Under the pieces are notes generated by a model. That model worked only from the letters and a program-made list of their open reading frames with translations. It did no database searches and had not been told where the DNA came from. Positions 34,938-47,699 of a stretch of DNA of 64,000 bases are shown here, in pieces. Each line of letters opens with the position of its first letter. Position 1 is the stretch's first letter. The stretch is from Azolla caroliniana (lineage: Eukaryota > Plantae > Polypodiophyta), in contig JBHGNT010000002.1 in assembly GCA_043228905.1 (NCBI GenBank), forward strand, positions 21,700,001 to 21,764,000, written 5' to 3'. The translations under genes and the position numbers were made by a program.

Positions 34938-35992
34938 TAGAACAATTTTGTTCCATCTCTCCTTTTTCTTAATATTAGATTGTGTTTAGTATACCCATGC
35001 CAATGTTGGTTTCTTCATGGGTAATGAGAGCATATGGCAAGTACTTATTAACCACACCCCCTCCAAAATAAAACCTAATGACGACACACTCATGGGATTG
35101 CATAGCAAAGGTTGTGAATCGATGATTGATGTGGGGGAAAGGGAAGGGAGAAAGGAGGTTCATGTTAGCAAGTGAGCAATAGTCAACATTAGAGGTGTTG
35201 CATGCCAATGGGGAAGGGCGGATGCATGAGCATTTCATGTGTGTGGTGATCATGGAGGATTACGTCACCTTAAGATTTGGTTGAAACAATGAGGGAAGAT
35301 GGTTGCCCACATCTAGAGACTAGGGATGTGGTACCTAGAGGGGTATTTATTAAGATAATAGGAGAGACTCCTACTAGGGTGGTCAAATGTTTGGAGGTGC
35401 GTAGAGTTGAGTTGGAGGAGAAGCTAGAGCAACACCATCAAGTGAGGGGCGACGTGAGTTCAACACCTAGGAGTCTATGAATAGTTACAATACAAGTTAT
35501 GAGGGTCAAAGGATGTGTGAGAAGGTAGGAGGAGTTGCTAAGATGGAGTAGTATGTTGGTGAGGGTGAGGGACTTGACAACTAGAAGTTAGTAGTACATG
35601 TGGGGCACAAGTGAGACGTGAGTGGTGGTGGTTGTTGGTGTTGACAATGATGACGGTGAGGGTGATGATTTTTTGTTTTTGTTTTTCTTATCCTTCAGTT
35701 TTTTGTTTGTTTGTTTACTTATTTTTGTATGTATAATTTATTTATGTATTTGGGGTATTAGATTATGAGGATAGTAATGTATAATAAGAACGAAAGAAAG
35801 AAATATTAAGGTCTTCTAAAACCAAATTCAGCCCATGAGATAATTGGTTCACAACCAAATGGGATGTGTACCATGAGATCAAAGAATTAGTGAAAAAAGT
35901 ACAACTTCTTAAATAATACCCTAGTTTTATGTTAATGAATATCCTTAACAAATGGTCAAGCAAATGACCATCGATTGTCTGTAGATGTTCCG

Positions 35993-36057
35993 GCTAGGAT
36001 GACCGAGTGCTCTAGACTCAAGTTATAGTTTCCCACTTTTGAATTCCACTTTTGACA
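35993..36057 (+). pseudogene. tRNA-Leu(CAA) pseudogene, internally deleted
   Basis: GCTAGGATGACCGAGTG..CTAGACTCAAGTTATAG..CCACTTTTGACA. Confidence 0.65.
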
Positions 36058-36610
36058 ATATTTTGGTATTCAATCAAGTAGGCCTCCAATATTCGGTAAA
36101 TATATATGATAAACCATTATCCAATTCCATAAAGTGGGATTGTATTTTCTCTTTAGAAGAAAGATTGGGTATCAAACCATCTTAAAGAAAGTTTCTTTTT
36201 CCAATGGACCATGCATGGAATTTATCTCTATTTATATACTATTTTGCGCAAGATATCTATAGTAACAAAGTTGTATTAATTGAAGTTTTTCGATTAAAGA
36301 AACCTTTTTAGTGTGAGCTCAACATAGTAAGGATGGTCACATAAATAACTTGAAGTTAATTGAAGTTTTTCGATTAAAGAAACCTTTTTAGTGTGAGCTC
36401 AACATAGTAAGGATGGTCACATAAATAACTTGAAGTTAGGTTTGGGGATTGTTCCATGCTAGGTCGATCATAAGCTACTTCTAACAACATTTGGATATAT
36501 GATCTTATGCGAAATTTTCAAGTTTCCTTGACTCCGATGAACCATATATCTTAATCAAAGATCAAAGAATTAGTGAAAAAATAAAAACTTCTCTCTAGTT
36601 TAATGTTCAA

Positions 36611-36690
36611 GTTAGTATGGTTGAGTGGAATAAGGTGCTAAACTCAAGTTGTAATTCTTGGAAAGGAGTGGGTTCAAATCCCACGTTAAG
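36611..36690 (+). pseudogene. tRNA-Leu(CAA) pseudogene
   Basis: TGGTTGAGTGG A box, ACTCAAGT anticodon loop, GTGGGTTCAAATCCCAC T arm; acceptor stem broken. Confidence 0.75.
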
Positions 36691-37227
36691 TATTTATTTA
36701 GTCAAGTGAACCTTAAATATTTGATAAATATATATGATAAACCATCATCTACTTCCATAAAATGGAATTGTATTTTCTCTTTGGAAGAGAGATTGGATAT
36801 AAAACCAACTTAAAGAAAATTCCTTTCTCCAATGGATCATGCATGGAATTTATCTCTATTTGTATGATATTCCACCAAGATACTTGTAGTAAGAAAAGTG
36901 TATTATATCTCAAGTTTTTCCATTCCGGAAATCTATTTTATGTGAGCTCAACATAGTAAGGATGGTCACATAAATAACTTGAAGTTAGGGTTGGGGATTG
37001 CTCCGTGCTAGAACAATCATAAACTACTTCTAACAACATTTTGATACAAAAGCTTCTAGGAAAATTTTTCAAGTTTGCTTGTCTCCGTTGAAACAAATAT
37101 TTTAATTAGAGACTAAAGAATTCCTAAAAAAAGAAAAAACTCCTAAGATATTACACTAGTTTTATGGTAACGACTATCCTTAATAATTTATTAAAAATAT
37201 CTATACTAATCATCCCTTCATATTCAA

Positions 37228-37311
37228 GTCAAGGTGGTTGAGTGGTTTAAGTCATGAGACTTAAGTTCTAGTTCCCCCAAGGGAAGGTGGGTTCAAATCT
37301 CACTTGTAACA
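37228..37311 (+). pseudogene. tRNA-Leu pseudogene (anticodon mutated to TAA)
   Basis: GTCAAGGTGGTTGAGTGG..GACTTAAGTTCTAG..GTGGGTTCAAATCTCAC. Confidence 0.75.
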
Positions 37312-37505
37312 ATATTTTGATATAGAAACTTCAAGCAAAAACATTTTGATATAGAAACTTCAAGTTTGCTTGGCTCCAATGAACCAAATATTTTAATCAA
37401 AGGCCAATGAATTTGTGAAAAAAGAATAACTTCTCATATATTAAACTAGTTTTATGTTAATGAACATCCTAATAGATTTTTAGGAAAACATATATCGATG
37501 TTCAA

Positions 37506-37589
37506 TTCAAGGTGGCCGAGTGGTGTAAGGCGCTAGACTCAAGTTCTAGTTCATGAAGGGGAGCGTGGGTTTAAATTACACTTCTAACA
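37506..37589 (+). pseudogene. tRNA-Leu(CAA) pseudogene, best-preserved copy
   Basis: TGGCCGAGTGG..AAGGCG, anticodon arm CTAGA-CTCAAGT-TCTAG and long variable arm; B box mutated to GGTTTAAAT. Confidence 0.8.
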
Positions 37590-37649
37590 ATGTTTTGGTA
37601 TTTAGTCAAGTAGACCTTGAATATTTAGTAAATATATATGATAACTATC

Positions 37650-38421
37650 ATCTCCCAAACCACCCCATTTTGTATTGAATTAATAGACATACATGGCAAC
37701 ACTTCCTCAACATATCGATCTCTTGTATACAATGCAAAGTTAACCTTTTCTTTTTATATACTCTATAGCTATATACCTTGTGCAAGAGCTGCAAAAACCT
37801 TTTCCAAATCAATTTAGTTGTCATACAGGACTAGAATAAGTGATGAAGAGACTCCATCTCTAATCCACAAAAATAATACATCTTATCCACACATCCTTAC
37901 AATCCATCCAAGCCCTAACAAGAACTGCATAATGAACAATCAACCATCTAATTAAAATAATCTTCTTTGGAAGTTGCATGGCCCATAACCATTTCCAAAA
38001 TGTTGTCATGCGAGTATGATCAACATTATAACTCAACCATGTCTTAGCTGCATAGTTCCTAATATTCGCATACATCCAATTTACTGGACGCACGCGAACG
38101 TTTGCAAACGTACACGTATGATACGTGATATTTGTTTGGCTTTTCTTTAGGGGTTTTTTATTTCTAATATTCATCGTTCTTTGCAAATAGAAGTGACATT
38201 TGGCACACACACACCCTCTCTCTCTCACAAGAAAACTGATAGATCTTCTCTCTCTACAAAATCTAGATATCTAATATTTACACTCCCTCACACAGACAAA
38301 CCCCATAGCTCCTCTCTCTCTCTCTCTAGAGTCTAGACATACACTCAAACCACTGTCTCTTCACACATGCAAAATAAGGCTTCTCTCTCTAGACCACACA
38401 CACTCTCTCTTTTTTGGTAAA

Positions 38422-38454
<33 letters not shown>

Positions 38455-38465
38455 TGTCACACATG

Positions 38466-38499
<34 letters not shown>

Positions 38500-38990
38500 T
38501 GTACACCATATGTATATATCTATGTACCGCGTATGGATTTCAATCATACTTGAAGCCTTTTCACGTATGAGTATGATACGAATATTGGCGTTTGAGTATG
38601 GCACGAATGGGATGTATGGCTAGAACTATGCTTAGTTGTTGTTGGCCAGTGGGGCACCCTACACCTTATCATCTCCCTTCCTAATCGAACGTAATATTGA
38701 AAAAATAGAGTTGGCCGAACAGCCTCCCCAGAATATGATGTATGTAACCACATCCATTCCCCTGGATCCCATTCCAATTCACATAATGGTTTTTCCCCAC
38801 TAGCCATAGATCCCACCATGGATGAACAACATTAGGATAAGGTGGAATGATCTAGAGCTTATCTACCTTAGCTAGAATTCTAATAGGTTTAATGTAGCCT
38901 CAACTAGACATTCATCTTCTAAGGGTATCCTCCCTAATCGTCCATCCTGTAGAACATCATATTAACTTAAGAAAGTATCATTATCTCTAA
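37650..38990 (-). mobile_element. Degenerate L1 ORF2 3' fragment with a microsatellite-rich insert (about 38060-38540)
   Basis: ELEWDPGEWMW..FFQYYVRLGR and FWKWLWAMQLPKKI parallel the L1 at 29.8-30.1 kb. Confidence 0.7.
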
Positions 38991-39530
38991 GGCCATGGAC
39001 TCCAAGTAGGATGATGATGATATATTAGGACACATGAAGTACCATTGTCGCGTAAATGCGCATGCTTGTGTTACTCGAGTGGGATCATGTGGGTCTTGGA
39101 CCAAGGAGGACGTGAAGATTAGGAGAATTCAAACGAAAGGGGGACTTGGATGCTTCGGAGTTGAAGACTCAAATGAATCGAAGGCTCTGAGGACTCAAAA
39201 AGATCCTAGGATCCAAACGTATTGAAGGAGTTGAATGTTGCCAGAGACTCGAGTATAGACGACATGAACAAAGATGACGACAATGCCATAGTTAATGGTT
39301 AACTCATGGGATTAGCGTATGATTAGTGACAAATATCGAGTATTAAGGCCCAAACATAGTATTAGATTAAAGGGTTTTTGTTATTATCGTTGTCCTCGTG
39401 ACCAATTGCTTTCTTGTCTTCTTCGAGGTGTTCGAGGTTTGCTTCATCTTCACGTTGCATCTTGAATATCTGAACTTGTTTACCCACTATTAATACCACT
39501 AGGCTGGTTTCTTTGAGTTAGGTGAGATGG

Positions 39531-39795
39531 TAGGTGGTGTTGTCATTTGAGCTTGTCACTATGCATGGTATGCACCACCATCTCGCAAACTTTCGAATTG
39601 AGCTATGTTGTTGAGGTTGATGTTGTACACGATTACTCAATCACCTTCTTCAATCTTTATTTAGGTGGTGTTGTCATTTGAGCTTGTCACTATGCATGGT
39701 ATGCACCACCGTCTCGCAAACTTTTGAATTGAGCTATGTTGATTGTTGAGGTTGATGTTGTACACGATTACTCAATCACCTTCTTCAATCTTTAT
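39531..39795. repeat. About 130-bp tandem duplication
   Basis: TAGGTGGTGTTGTCATTTGAGC...CAATCTTTAT occurs twice head to tail. Confidence 0.85.
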
Positions 39796-42700
39796 TGAGG
39801 TGCAATCAATGAGCCTTATCAAACTTGTTCTTGTTCTTGAGATTGACAACTTCTAGCCTTTCCAGCACAAACTTCAAGTCTTCTAGTCTTCTCTCGAGTT
39901 ATCTTATCCTTGTTTCTAAAAGCTCTTCTTGACTCACTTCATTCTCCCATGGCATCACTACCCATGACATGATTATCTCTTTGATGGGAGTCATTGACTT
40001 TTGTCCGTAGTTGAGCTCAGTTGGCATGATCGCTATCACTATGTTGTGGGTGGTTCTGTCGGCCCACTGTCATGATATGGCCGCAAACATGAATTGAACC
40101 CATGAACTTATAGGTACATGGGCCAAGGCATTGTCATTAAGATAGATATTGTAACACATAAGATATTACTTTCATTTGTTATTTCATTTCAGAAAATTCA
40201 TGAATATTCTAGAATACTCTCGAACATTCTAGAAACTTCAGGAATGCTCCTAATGGCCCTATAAATAGAGGCATATTGTACTATTCATAACCAATCCGGT
40301 TCACCGCCAGTCTTAAGCCTCTTCATTGTTCCTATCCACTTGCTTTCATATAATATATATATCTCTCTATCTCAATCTTGGCAGTTTGAACTGAATTCGT
40401 CATATTCTTATCCTTCCTTCTTCTAGTACTAATGATCTTTGTTAGCCCACAAGACTACCAATCCATCACTTCAAAGCTTGGGTGCTTGAAAGAAAAGTTC
40501 ATGGTATTGGAACAAGAAAATCAACGTCTGTTGAGTGATGTACAACAAATTGACGAGAAATATGCGGAATAATCTCCGGCCACAACCAAAGCGTAGATCA
40601 CTTGATGACAATCAGACATAGAAGAAATGGGAATGGAGGTAAGTACACAAAACAGAAAGAGAATACACAGGATATTAACGTGGAAAACCTTGAGAGGGAA
40701 AAACCATGGGATTCCACAAACTCCAAACTATCACTATGTCGAGTAATACAACAGGGAGCACAGAGGCAATGACCTCTTGCTCACAATCTTCGCCTAGCGG
40801 CGGTTACAACAGAGACATGATCTCTGTATATCGCTCTCTCTCTCTCTTACGCATTGTATAGGAGTTACACCAATAACTCTACAATACACATTGAGTTTGC
40901 CCTAGGTCATATTTATACTAATATGACTTTCGAGCTATTTACAAATATAGCCCCAGTGGGCTCTCTAGAACATATTTACATATATGTTCCTTCATCCGGT
41001 GAGAGGTTCTCACCGGGCCTGCAACATCCGATTCTCACCAGGTCTTCCTTGTCGGGTACTTGTCATCCGGTTCTCACCGAGTCTGCAACATCCAGTTCTC
41101 ACCGGGTCTTCTTTGCCGGGTAGTCGTCATCCGGTTCTCACCGGGTCTTCCTTGCCGGATACTTGTCATCCGGTTCTCACCGGGTCTGCATCATCTGGTT
41201 CTGGGTACTCCACGTCTAGTTCTCACCAGGTCTTCCGATGCCGAGCCTTCGTATCCCATCCGGAGGGACCGATATCCTAACAAACTCCCCCTTCACTCTG
41301 GCATGGGATGCCTCGTCAATCCGATCCGCTTCCGGCATGCGCCTAGCTTGTCGGGCGTCAGCACCTTGGTTAGCATATCCGACCCGTTCTCCTCCATGTG
41401 GATCTTTGTCAGCACGAACTCTCAGTCTTCTACTCGCTTCCGAATCCAGTGGTACCTCCGTTGGAAGTGCTTCGTCCTGGAATGATACGTTGCATTCTTC
41501 GCAAGGTGGATGGCACTTTGACTGTCGCAATAGAGCCGGTATTCCTCTTGCTGAATCCCTAGCTCTTCGATGAAGTCCTTCATCCATAGTATTTCCTTGC
41601 CGGCTTCCACAACCACCATGTACTCCGCTTCCGTGGTTGATAAAGCAACCGTCTTCTGTAGCCTGGATTACCACGAAACTGCTCCCCCCGCATATGTCAT
41701 GACATATCCGAATGTTGACCGGCTGGTATCTGTATCAGCCGACATATCTGAATCAGTGAAACCGTCAAGTTGGGGTTTACTGGAGCCGAATCGGAGGCAC
41801 ATACTTGAGGTGCCTTTCAAGTATTGGAGTATCCATTTTATTGCATTCCAGTGCTCCTTGCCGGGATTGCTCATAAACCGGTTAACCACTCCGACTTCAT
41901 ATCCGATATCTGGTCGGGTACACACCATTGCGTACATTATGCTCTCGACGGCAGAGGCATATGGTATCTTGATCATTCCGCCTTCTTTGCCTTCGTATTC
42001 GGGCTTTGCTTACCGGATAACCTGCAGTTTGCCAAGAGTGTCGATCCGACCGGTTTCGCATCTAACATGTTGAACCGCTGAAGCACCTTTGTCACGTACT
42101 TCTCCTGTGACAGCCACAATTGCTTCGTTGGCCGGTCTTGGATGATATGCAACCCCAACATCTGTCTTACCGGACCCAAGTCTTTCATTGAGAAGGTCCG
42201 GTTTAGGGCCTTCTTCAGCATCCGTATCTTGACTTGGTCTCGTCTGACGATCAACATGTCGTCCACGTACAAGAGGAGTATCAGGAAATCTCCACCTTCG
42301 AACTTCTTCACAAATACGTAGTGATCGGTTTGCGTCTTGTGGTACCCTTGATCGGTCATGAAGGAGTCGAACTTCCGGTACCATTGCCGGGGAGCCTACT
42401 TCAAACCGTAGAGGCTCTTTTTTAACCGGCAAACCAGGTGCTCCTTTCCTTTCTTCACAAATCCCTCTGGTTGTGGCATGTAGATCTCCTCTTCGAGGTC
42501 GCCATAGAGGAACGTCGTCTTCATGTCTAACTGCTCAACCTCGAGGTCCATGCTTGCCGCTATGCTCAACACCGTCCGGATATAAGTCATCTTTACTATC
42601 GGGGCAAATATCTTGTCGAAGTCCACGCCCTTCTTCTGTTGGAACCCCCTCACCACGATCCTGGCTTTGTACCTTGGAGGGTTGCCGACATCTCCTGGTT

Positions 42701-45126
42701 TCAACTTGTACACCCACTTGTTTCGGAGTGCCCTCTTTCCTTTCGGCAACTCCATCAATTCATATGTGTGGTTCTCATGCAGGGCATCCATCTCATCCTA
42801 CATGGCACTCAACCACTTGCGGCTATGGGTGTCACCCTTCACTTCTTCGAAGCTTTCTGGCTCCCCCTCATCGGTCAACAACACATGCTCTGCATCCGGA
42901 AATATCCGGGGGGCCCTTCTCTCTCTAAGAGGATATCTCTGTCTTTGGCTTTCGGCAACCGGCTCCTCTATTTGTTCTTCAATTGGGGGTCTTGGCCGGT
43001 TCCAATTCGGGGTCTTGGCCGGTTCCGGTTTCAGCTTTCTCTACTTCTTCTTCTACCGGTTCGGTATCCTCATCGTAACCGGCTGGTTCCTCGAGTGTCA
43101 ACCGGCTCTTAGCCGGGTGGGTCCGAATCTCATCGGAGTTCATTATCTTCTTCTCCGACTCCCAGTTGGCAAGAGTCTTGTCCTCCATGAAGATAATGTC
43201 TCGGCTCCGGAAAACCTTCTTGTCAACCGGATCCCACACTTGGTAGCCGAACTCATCATCGCCGTATCCGAGGAATATGCATGGCCAAGTCTTTGGATCC
43301 AACTTTCCTCTCCGGTCCTTAGCAACATGCACATACGCGAGACACCCGAACACCTTCAAATGCCGGTAGGACACTTCCTTACTGGTCCATACCTTTTGTG
43401 GCGTGTCTCCATCCAAGGGCACTTAGGGTGATCTGTTTATCACATACGTCGTTGTCGACAACGTCTCAGCCCAAAACATCTTGGGTAGTTTAGCATATGC
43501 TAGCATACTCCGGACCCTCTCCATTATGGTCCAGTTCATCCTCTCGGCTAGCCCGTTTAGTTCCGGCGTCTTCGGCACAGTAAATTTGAGCCGGATTCCC
43601 TTCGAGCGGCAGTACTCCTCGAATTGCCCCCAGTATTCCCCTCCGTTATCTGCTCGAACCGCCTTCAACTTCCGTCCGGTTTCTCTTTCCACTCTTGCGT
43701 GGAGCTCTTTGAAGACGGATAACACCTGATCCTTCGTCTTCAACGGTGTGGCCCACAACTTCCTGCTGTGGTCATCTATGAACGTCACGATGTACTGCGC
43801 TCCGGCATGGGACTTCGTGTCCACTTGACACACATCGGTATGCACCAACTCCAATGGTGCATTGCGTCTCATCGGTGGCCTTGATTGGAAGGAGGTCCGG
43901 TTTTGCTTACCGGCTAGGCAGTCGGTGCACCTCTCAAGATGCACGTTCTTCATCGGAATGAGTTTGTCATCGGCAAGCCTCTTCATCCCCTTCACGCTCA
44001 TGTGACACAGTCTCTTGTGCCACAGCTCACCGGAAGTGTCGAAAGTCACTTTCACTTCTTCCGGGCATAACTGGGCATTCATAAAGTACATCGTGTTGAC
44101 CTTCCGGGCCTGAGCCACTATCAGGCTCCCTTTGCTGAACTTCATGACTCCGTTCCGGATGCTACCCATGTAGCCTTCATCATCTAGCCGACCGGCTGAT
44201 ATCAGGTTTAGTCGAACTCCGGAACGTGTCGGACATCCTTCAGCAGCAACTTGCATCGGGTTGTTGTTGTCAACCACACGTCTCCTATGCCGACAATTCG
44301 GCATGTACCTTCATTCCCCATCTGAACACAGCCGTGATCACCGGCTGCGTAGGATGAGAAGCATTTCCCGTCCGGGGTAAGGTGGAACGACGCTCCAAAA
44401 TCGACAACCCATGTTGTCTCGTCGCCGGCAAGGTTCAACTCACTCTCCTCGGTGATGAGCATCAACTCTTCTTCACTTGCCGCGATTGCCGTCGTTCCCT
44501 TCCGGTCTGGTCCCCTCCAGTCTTTACCGTTTTGATCCGGTGTCCACTTCCAATCGGTACCGTTAGTTTCCTTGTCTTTTCGGAAGTGCCAACAGTTCTT
44601 CTAGAAGTGTCCTGGCTTGCTACAATAGAAGCAAGTATGCCTCCCCATTGACTTTGACTGTGTCCCCGACTTTTCCCGGTTCTGGGGACTATGGTTCCTT
44701 TGTCTTGCATGTTCTGATTCGATAAGGAGTGCTTTGGAGTCGGAGCTTGTATCCTTGTCTTTCCGACGCGCCTCCTCATCTAGCCAGCTCGACTTCACTC
44801 TTGCTAGGGATAACCGTTTCCCTTCCGGCCCGACGTTGCCCAAAGTGACAACCAATGTCTCCCAGCTATCAGGGAGGGAACTGAGCAGGAGTACTGCTAG
44901 TACCTCATCGGCGAGAGGTACTTCCAATGATGTTGCTTGGTGGATCAGCCCCTGGAAGGCATTCATGTGCTCCGCCATGCTGGATCCATCTTGGTACCGG
45001 AGTCTTACTAGCTTCTGAAATACTGAAACTTGATTAACAACATTTTTGTTCTGAAACATAATGTGGATCTTCTCCCAGAGCTCATGAGCCTTGCTCTCTT
45101 CATTGAAGTTGTTGTATAGGCTCATG

Positions 45127-47125
45127 CATAATATGAACCATGCGTACCATTCGTGCATTCGTGTTCGAGAATGATTCAATCATTCGAGAATAATAAACAC
45201 TCTCGAAGAATGATAAATACCATACTTTTGGATAAATGGTTTACTATAAGGTAAACATTTTTTCACAGAAAAAAAATTTTAAAAATTGCAAAAAAAAAAC
45301 ATATTACCTTCTTAATAACAATATGCTTTTTTTCGTAAATTCTAATAACAACTACCCAAAATGCCTAGTCTCCAAAAAAATCCTCAATGAGGTGTTACAT
45401 CAAAACGAGCATTCCTAATCTTCATTCAAGGTGATATCATCATCTTCAAAATCATCATCCTCATCTTGTGCATTATCATCAAGATAAGACATCACATTGG
45501 TGAGGCTCTCATTTTCATCAACTTCTTGTGCTTCTTGTTCACTTTGCAACACCAATAATCGTTCTTCATCATTTTCTTTCTCTATCATGTCAATAGTAAC
45601 CTCAATAGGATTGCAACCTCTTTCTTTAATCCTCTTAAGAATACGAAGATTTGTGTGCAAAAAAACCAATTTTTGCACATGATTTGAACTCAATCTATTT
45701 CTCCTTTTAGTATGTATTAATGAAAATGTACTCCAATTCCTTTCACAAGACGATGCACTTGTACCTTGAGATAACACTCTAATTGCAAGTTTCTTCAAAT
45801 TGGGTGTGCTTGCTCCAAACGTTTCCCACCATTTGATTGGTGTGCTTAATCTATTAGCATCCTTTGCAAATGGAACTTGAAACAAAGCTGATGCTTGTTT
45901 TCTATATGCATAAAACTCATCTAACAAAGCATTTTGTAAAACTAAATTACCACTAGCATAAAGCATGACTGTTTTCATCCAGCCCATTTGTAAATCATGA
46001 TCTATTTCTTGATCATTTGCTGTCCATAATGGATGCAAGACATATCCCGTTGCATGCAATGGCGATTCCAACATTGTTAGTCTATGTATGCAACACTCTT
46101 TTATTTCATCAAGCTTCATAGGATCAATATCTGTCATATTGTTTATCTCCATCAACATTTGTTGTTTAAATTGATAAATCAATCCCATTGTAGCACCTTC
46201 CCTGTCAGCCAAACGAAGACGCTTTAAAATTGGTTTGCATACCTTCACAATCATCTTTACATCTGCCCAAAAGTTAGCATCCAATACAATTGAAACCATC
46301 TCTTCTGCTTTCTTTGTTTTGGCACCATTCCATTTGCACCATTGTTCACTAACCACCATTCTTCTCAAACCACCATAAACTTTATCATCCAACAAAGACA
46401 TGATTACAATATTTGCATTTCATCAAATGCGTTCCTTTTGCATTCTTTACTTGAATTAGAACATGTTCCCACTCCAGGCCTTTTTGTCTACCCATTAGTT
46501 CCTAAATTAATGTAAAACGTAAATATCAAAATCTATTTATTGTAATTTTGTCATTTCAGAAATTTCATCACAAAAATTTCAGACATTACATCACAGAAAT
46601 TTCAGTGATGAAATTTCAAAAATTTCATCAAGAAATTTCTGAAATTATGAAATTTCAAAAATTTCAGTGATGAAATTTCATCACGAAATTTCTGTGATGA
46701 AATTTCAGAAATTTCAATCATCACTGAAATTTCGTTGATGAAATTTCATCACAGAAATTTCTGTGATGAAATTTCTGATTTTTTAGCACAGAAATTTCTG
46801 ATTTTTTAGCACAGAAATTTCTGATTTTTCAGCACAGAAATTTCATCACTAAAATTAAAACCATATTTCTACACTAAATATACCTGAAGGTTGAATGCAC
46901 TCTGCAGAATCGCAAATCATTTGAGGCTAGGTTGTAGAGGAGAAGAGAGCGTAACGTTAGTGCAGAGGAAAAGGGAGAAAAGAGGGAAAAATTGAAAAAA
47001 ATTGAAAAAAAAATGAAAAAAAATGAAAAAAAAAAACACACGAATATTTGCATATAATTCGTGTTCGTTTTCCAACGTATGAAAACGAATGATATGGCAG
47101 ACGAACACGAATTTTACGTACTATG
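45127..47125 (-). mobile_element. hAT DNA transposon, internally deleted
   Basis: 8-bp TSD GGCTCATG at 45119-45126 and 47126-47133; imperfect TIR CATA(A/G)TA(T/C)G; subterminal TTCGTG/CACGAA repeats. Confidence 0.93.
45415..46495 (-). pseudogene. hAT transposase remnant (half BED finger plus C-terminal dimerisation region)
   Basis: MGRQKGLEWEHV..KCKYCNHVFVG is joined out of frame to a 328-aa ORF containing WWETFG..LAIRVLSQ..SSCERNWS..KRRNRL. Confidence 0.9.
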
Positions 47126-47619
47126 GGCTCATGTCGATGAAGCACCGTATGTACGCCATTGTCTTCATGTGCATCACCTCCCATATCGTGGCATCGATTT
47201 TGTCCGGTCTCTTGTCCCCGAACTGAACCGCCAACCAAAGATCTTTAACCACGAGCATGTCTCTCATCTTCGACTTCCACACTAAGTAGTTGGAGTTGGT
47301 GAGCTTGAACATGCCTCCCAACGAATCGTCCATTTTTCTCTGTCGTTTCGCTCTGATACCAGCTTGATGAGAAATATGCAGAATAATCTCTGGCCACAAC
47401 CGAAGCGTAGATCGCTTGATGACAATTAGACACAGAAGAAATGGGAATGGAGGTAAGTACACAAAACAGAAAGAGAATACACAGGATAGGGAAAAACCAC
47501 AGGAGTCCACAGACTCCAAACTATCACTATGTCGAGTAATACAACAGGGAGCATAGAGGCAACAACCTCTTGCTCACAATCTTCGCCTAGCGGCGGTTAC
47601 AACAGAGACACGATCTCTG

Positions 47620-47699
<80 letters not shown>

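Noticed and set aside
37506-37589. Functional tRNA-Leu gene
   Set aside because: The B box/T arm is mutated and the acceptor stem is mismatched, so it is called a pseudogene.
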